The position numbers and the translations under genes were made by a program. Positions 60,376-64,000 of a stretch of DNA of 64,000 bases are shown in pieces. The notes under the pieces were generated by a model. That model made no database searches. It saw nothing but the letters and a program-made list of their open reading frames with translations, and had not been told where the DNA came from. The stretch covers positions 639-64,638 of IMG/VR virus record IMGVR_UViG_3300035698_035303; one strand, written 5' to 3'. Origin of the DNA: a virus. Taxonomy: Duplodnaviria; Caudoviricetes. The stretch's first letter is position 1, and each line of letters begins with the position of its first letter.

Positions 60376-61722
60376 ATGAATTTAAAACAAATATTGGTAG
60401 AAGGTCCAACAGGCGTCCCATATACTGAGAAAACATTTAAACAAACTATGAATAGTGTTTTGACTAAAGAAGGTCTTGGTAGTGAACGTGGAGCATTGCT
60501 TACTACTAAAAATGGTATATTTGTGGAAGTTAGACCTTGTTATGAAGATGGTAAGGCTAATGTTAAAGTATGGGCTTTTAACCCTGATAAACCTAATTCA
60601 GATTATCTTGGACGTTGGAAACATCAAAAGTCATTTAATAATATTAAAGAGGCTTACGCATTTGCCCAATTACATGTTGAACAAAACATATTAGAAGCAA
60701 AAGAAGAAGCTGGTAAATTGGCCCCTAAAGCCAAAAAAGCCTTAGCACTTTGGAAAAAAGAGTACAAAGAGGCTGAGACCCCTATCAAGAAAAAAGGTGG
60801 TAAAACATCATGGGGTCGATCTTATTTCTATAAGACATCAATACAAAAACAAATTTCTGATGGGTTCAAACAAGAGTTTGATGATATAAATAAATATTAT
60901 TTCAAAGGCTCTGGCTTTAAAGTAGTTCCTGATGGGTCTCCTTGGGATGATTTTAAATCATGGCCAAAAACAAGCTATTATTGGGTACCGTTTAAAATTG
61001 TATCAGAGAATGGAATATCTGAGGTAAAAAAAAATCCATCCAAGGGAACTTGGAATATGAAAGGTAATGGGTATTCCGTTGTAGCTTATGTAAGTCAGAA
61101 TAACGATGGTGAAATGAAATCTTCTTCTATGATGCTTACTCCGGGTGAAGGAGCAACGGAGTTTAATATTTGGAACGATGAGAAATCGTCTCAAAAAGGA
61201 GAGTTCTGGTGGGATAAGAATGATATTCAACGAGGTATCAGAAATCTTAATGCTAAGAAACCAAATTTTGTAGAGACTAAAGCTATGACATCTGATATGA
61301 ATAAGTTAGTCAAAATTATTGGTTCTGCTTTTAATGCCTATAAAGTTGATGCTGTGAAAAAATCCAAGGTTTCTGAGGGTACTGCTAGAAAAGAAATGGA
61401 CCCAATTAATAAACAGCCTTTGAAGAATATGATTTATAAAAAGATAACCAAAATTACCAAAGGCATTTACAAAGATCAATATTGGAATGGTGTTAATAAG
61501 ATTTGGGATGTATTTAATGATTTGGGATTGGACTGGAATATCCAGAAGGCAGAATACGATCACAAGAATTCGCCACCAACTTATAAGATTTGGTACATAG
61601 AAATTAACTTTACTAACAAGGCTGGGAAACCCCAGAAGATTTTTGGGAATGTCACGGCGGCAGGAGCTGGGACAGTCAAGGACCCGCTTGATGCTTATGA
61701 TGTAAACCTAGTAATGGGATAA
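60376..61722 (+). CDS. Multi-module hypothetical protein with short leader
   Basis: MNLKQILVE|G; internal ILE|A, ISE|V and VSE|G junctions at ~110-aa spacing. Confidence 0.75.
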   Translation: MNLKQILVEGPTGVPYTEKTFKQTMNSVLTKEGLGSERGALLTTKNGIFVEVRPCYEDGKANVKVWAFNPDKPNSDYLGRWKHQKSFNNIKEAYAFAQLHVEQNILEAKEEAGKLAPKAKKALALWKKEYKEAETPIKKKGGKTSWGRSYFYKTSIQKQISDGFKQEFDDINKYYFKGSGFKVVPDGSPWDDFKSWPKTSYYWVPFKIVSENGISEVKKNPSKGTWNMKGNGYSVVAYVSQNNDGEMKSSSMMLTPGEGATEFNIWNDEKSSQKGEFWWDKNDIQRGIRNLNAKKPNFVETKAMTSDMNKLVKIIGSAFNAYKVDAVKKSKVSEGTARKEMDPINKQPLKNMIYKKITKITKGIYKDQYWNGVNKIWDVFNDLGLDWNIQKAEYDHKNSPPTYKIWYIEINFTNKAGKPQKIFGNVTAAGAGTVKDPLDAYDVNLVMG

Positions 61723-61759
61723 TTTAAAGTTACCCGCAATATTTAAAGAGGATAATATT

Positions 61760-61966
61760 ATGGATTTAGCAAATTTGGTGAATGAATGCGAAGTTGATGA
61801 AGCAACTGATTATGAACCTATTGATACGCTTCTTGATGTTATTGTAGCCACATTGAAGAAAAATAAATTTAGTGTATGGCCAGATAAAACAAAAGGGAAA
61901 TCTTTATTAATTCCCATTAAAGATAAAGAAGGTAACTCTTTTACCGTTAAGATTGTAAAAAGCTAA
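61760..61966 (+). CDS. Small hypothetical protein with short leader
   Basis: MDLANLVNECEVDE|A. Confidence 0.7.
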   Translation: MDLANLVNECEVDEATDYEPIDTLLDVIVATLKKNKFSVWPDKTKGKSLLIPIKDKEGNSFTVKIVKS

Positions 61967-61992
61967 TTTAATCTCCATTTTAAGGGGAGTTA

Positions 61993-62511
61993 ATGAAAGA
62001 CAATAGATGTTTAAATGAAGTCGCTGAGTTATTTGGGGTCAATGAGGCTTTGAAGACACCAGCGATGATGAAAATTGAATTTGATATTTTTGTTAGCTCT
62101 GACCAAATGGGTTATTACAGGAATCAAGCCGCAGATGACATAGCTGGCTCAGGCGGTTACAGCATAAGATCAACCAAGGACCGTAAATATACCGTTGAAT
62201 TCTTGACAAAAGACGAAAATAAATTTTTACAAGCCTTCAAGAAAACTAAATCTAATGACAAGGTTATCAAGATTCATAAGTCAAAACCAAGCCCATTAAA
62301 AAGAGAAAGTCTCAATTTCAATTATATAAAAGACGAAAAACAATTAAAAGCAATTGAATCTGACTTGAAAAAGTCAGGTGCCGTAAAAATTAAAAGGACT
62401 GTTAATTGGGACAAAGGTGAGGCATATTTTTATTTTGATTGCGTGGGATTACCTGATGTTTGGAGAGCTATGCTTAAAACTAAATCAGGTAGGTATATAG
62501 ACGAGGAATAG
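61993..62511 (+). CDS. Leader-family hypothetical protein
   Basis: MKDNRCLNEVAELFGVNE|A. Confidence 0.8.
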   Translation: MKDNRCLNEVAELFGVNEALKTPAMMKIEFDIFVSSDQMGYYRNQAADDIAGSGGYSIRSTKDRKYTVEFLTKDENKFLQAFKKTKSNDKVIKIHKSKPSPLKRESLNFNYIKDEKQLKAIESDLKKSGAVKIKRTVNWDKGEAYFYFDCVGLPDVWRAMLKTKSGRYIDEE

Positions 62512-62521
62512 GACTTGATAA

Positions 62522-62929
62522 ATGAATTTAACACAACTTCTTCTTGAATCCCCTATGACGGTCTATCAACTTCGTAAAAATAGCAAATCCATGCTTAAAG
62601 ATACTACTCTGGAGTATGTTAAGGAAAGACGTGGCAAAGATAAGGTACAAGGTCCTTTTAGAGAGTTCTCTTTTAAAGCTGGCAAAAAAGATTATAAAAC
62701 ACGTGTTAGGGTATTTGGAGAACAATCATCAAGAAGTCCGGTATGGGTCCATTGTACATGCCCTAACTTTAGATATCAATGGGATTGGGTTTTAACTCAA
62801 AAAGAAAGTAGTACTCTTTTTAAAACTAAGGACAAACAGCCAAATGTTCGCAACCCTAAGAAGAATAAAAGTGTATGCAAGCATGTTGCCAGCGCCCTTG
62901 ATTGGTTGAAAAAGGATAGAGGAATATGA
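62522..62929 (+). CDS. SWIM zinc-finger protein with short leader
   Basis: HCTCPNF...VCKHV (CxC..CxH); MNLTQLLLE|S. Confidence 0.8.
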   Translation: MNLTQLLLESPMTVYQLRKNSKSMLKDTTLEYVKERRGKDKVQGPFREFSFKAGKKDYKTRVRVFGEQSSRSPVWVHCTCPNFRYQWDWVLTQKESSTLFKTKDKQPNVRNPKKNKSVCKHVASALDWLKKDRGI

Positions 62930-63282
62930 AAGATAACAGAACATTGAACGAAGTGGCTGAACGATTTGGTATCAATGAGGCTAAAGAAGAAAGAGAAATT
63001 AGTCCAGAAGCCGAAAAGGTTTATAAGGTACTGATTAATAATGCTAAAGAGGGTTACAGGATTATCCATAAGGGTAAAACAATTTGGGGTGGTTTGGGCA
63101 ATCGGGCTGGTCTACACAGCTATGCAGATACCATTATCGGTGATAAATGGAGGAAGTCTGGCCCTCGTTTTGAAAAGAAACTAAGGAAACTTACTGGCGA
63201 TTTTGAATTACATGATTATCGATCTATCAGTAGAGATAAGGGTCGCTGGGTTAAGATTAAAACTTTTAAAGTAACTGCATGA
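62926..63282 (+). CDS. Leader-family hypothetical protein
   Basis: MKDNRTLNEVAERFGINE|A. Confidence 0.8.
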   Translation: MKDNRTLNEVAERFGINEAKEEREISPEAEKVYKVLINNAKEGYRIIHKGKTIWGGLGNRAGLHSYADTIIGDKWRKSGPRFEKKLRKLTGDFELHDYRSISRDKGRWVKIKTFKVTA

Positions 63283-63326
63283 TAATTTACCTTTAACCGA
63301 CTGAATAAGGACAAAAGAATATAAAA

Positions 63327-63359
63327 GTGAAAGATGACAGAGTATTAAAGGAATGTTGA
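63327..63359 (+). pseudogene. Possible decayed leader remnant (GTG-KDDRVLKEC-stop)
   Basis: gtgaaagatgacagagtattaaaggaa resembles atgaaagataacagaacattgaacgaa, but stops after 10 codons. Confidence 0.35.
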
Positions 63360-63412
63360 ATATTGGAAACACCGAGTTTACACTAATCGTCAATACAAAT
63401 GGTGAAATATAG

Positions 63413-64000
63413 ATGAAATTAAAAACTGTTATTAAAGTTGAAGCATCATATCCTGGTAATTTGGGTGCAGTAGAGATGATGAAATTTGGTCAGATTGCCA
63501 GTCAAACTGATAAAGTTTTAATGAATAAATTAATTTATAAAAAACAATGGAATAAGGTTTGGACGCTTCTTAAAAAGGTTACTGGTGTTAAATTAAAGCC
63601 TCTTTATGAGGGTAAAACCGTTGACGATACTGTCAAATATATTCAAAGATTCACTGCGTCTGGGTCTGGACGTGGAGCTACCAAAAAGCCACCTAAAGAT
63701 ATTTTAGATTGGTTAAAAAAGAATACTATTTCAAAACCTCTTAAACTTTATAGAGGTATGAGTTTGATAAGAAAAAGATTTGACAATAAAGCAATAAGCA
63801 TAATAAACGCATTAAATATAGGTGATATTGTTCCTGATATGTTAAATGAGCCTGGTCCTAGACCATGGACCAAAAAGAAAAGTGTTGCTAAAAGCTATGC
63901 GACTGATGGTAATTTAGCTATTATGATTATGGCGATTGTCCAACCTAAAGATTTAATCGCTGATTTATCACAATTACCTCTTGATATTGCAGCTTTTGAT
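63413..64000 (+). CDS. 3'-truncated ORF (196+ aa) with ADP-ribosyltransferase-like second module
   Basis: Hand translation is open to the window end: MKLKTVIKVE|ASYPGNLGAVEMMKF...LYE|G...LKLYRGMS...PWTKKKSVAKSYA. Not in the ORF track. Confidence 0.6.
   Translation, partial: MKLKTVIKVEASYPGNLGAVEMMKFGQIASQTDKVLMNKLIYKKQWNKVWTLLKKVTGVKLKPLYEGKTVDDTVKYIQRFTASGSGRGATKKPPKDILDWLKKNTISKPLKLYRGMSLIRKRFDNKAISIINALNIGDIVPDMLNEPGPRPWTKKKSVAKSYATDGNLAIMIMAIVQPKDLIADLSQLPLDIAAFD

Noticed and set aside
55578-62970. Repeated ~45-nt sequences considered as a CRISPR array or attC-like cassette sites
   Set aside because: The repeats are in-frame coding starts with synonymous variation, separated by whole genes; no dyad structure and no cas or integrase gene in the window.
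1-64000. Stop-codon reassignment, tRNA genes, diversity-generating retroelement
   Set aside because: Genes tile densely in the standard code using TAA, TAG and TGA stops; no cloverleaf-sized free gaps were recognised; no reverse transcriptase or adenine-specific repeat pair was seen by eye.

Overview
The window is a gene-dense, all-plus-strand, AT-rich segment of a large T4-like (jumbo-type) tailed phage virion-morphogenesis region. It reads in the standard code with AGGAG-type ribosome-binding sites. Bases 1-31 kb hold baseplate wedge genes (gp25-like, J/gp6-like, P2 gpI-like), very large tail-fibre or decoration proteins, a stand-alone PAS protein and a holin-like protein. Bases 31-54 kb hold a sigma-like factor, a PD-(D/E)xK head-completion nuclease, terminase, a probable hub, a portal with an HNH intein, prohead protease, scaffold, major capsid protein and a neck gene. 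Bases 54-64 kb are an array of small unrelated ORFs with a second neck gene inside it. The most striking signal is an apparent modular capsid-cargo system. Eleven or more unrelated proteins, including a ferritin, start with the same ~18-aa leader (MKD[NI]RxLNE[VI]AExFG[IV]NE|). Five others start with a short M[KND]Lxx[ILV]..E| leader. A 1213-aa protein and several smaller ones are chains of ~70-120-aa modules separated by [VI]DE|[AG] sites that resemble T4 gp21-type prohead-protease cleavage sites. A recurring bipartite motif (CGACAA...AAGATAA) may be the phage late promoter. All calls come from motif recognition by eye; no database search was run, and packaging and cleavage are inferred.
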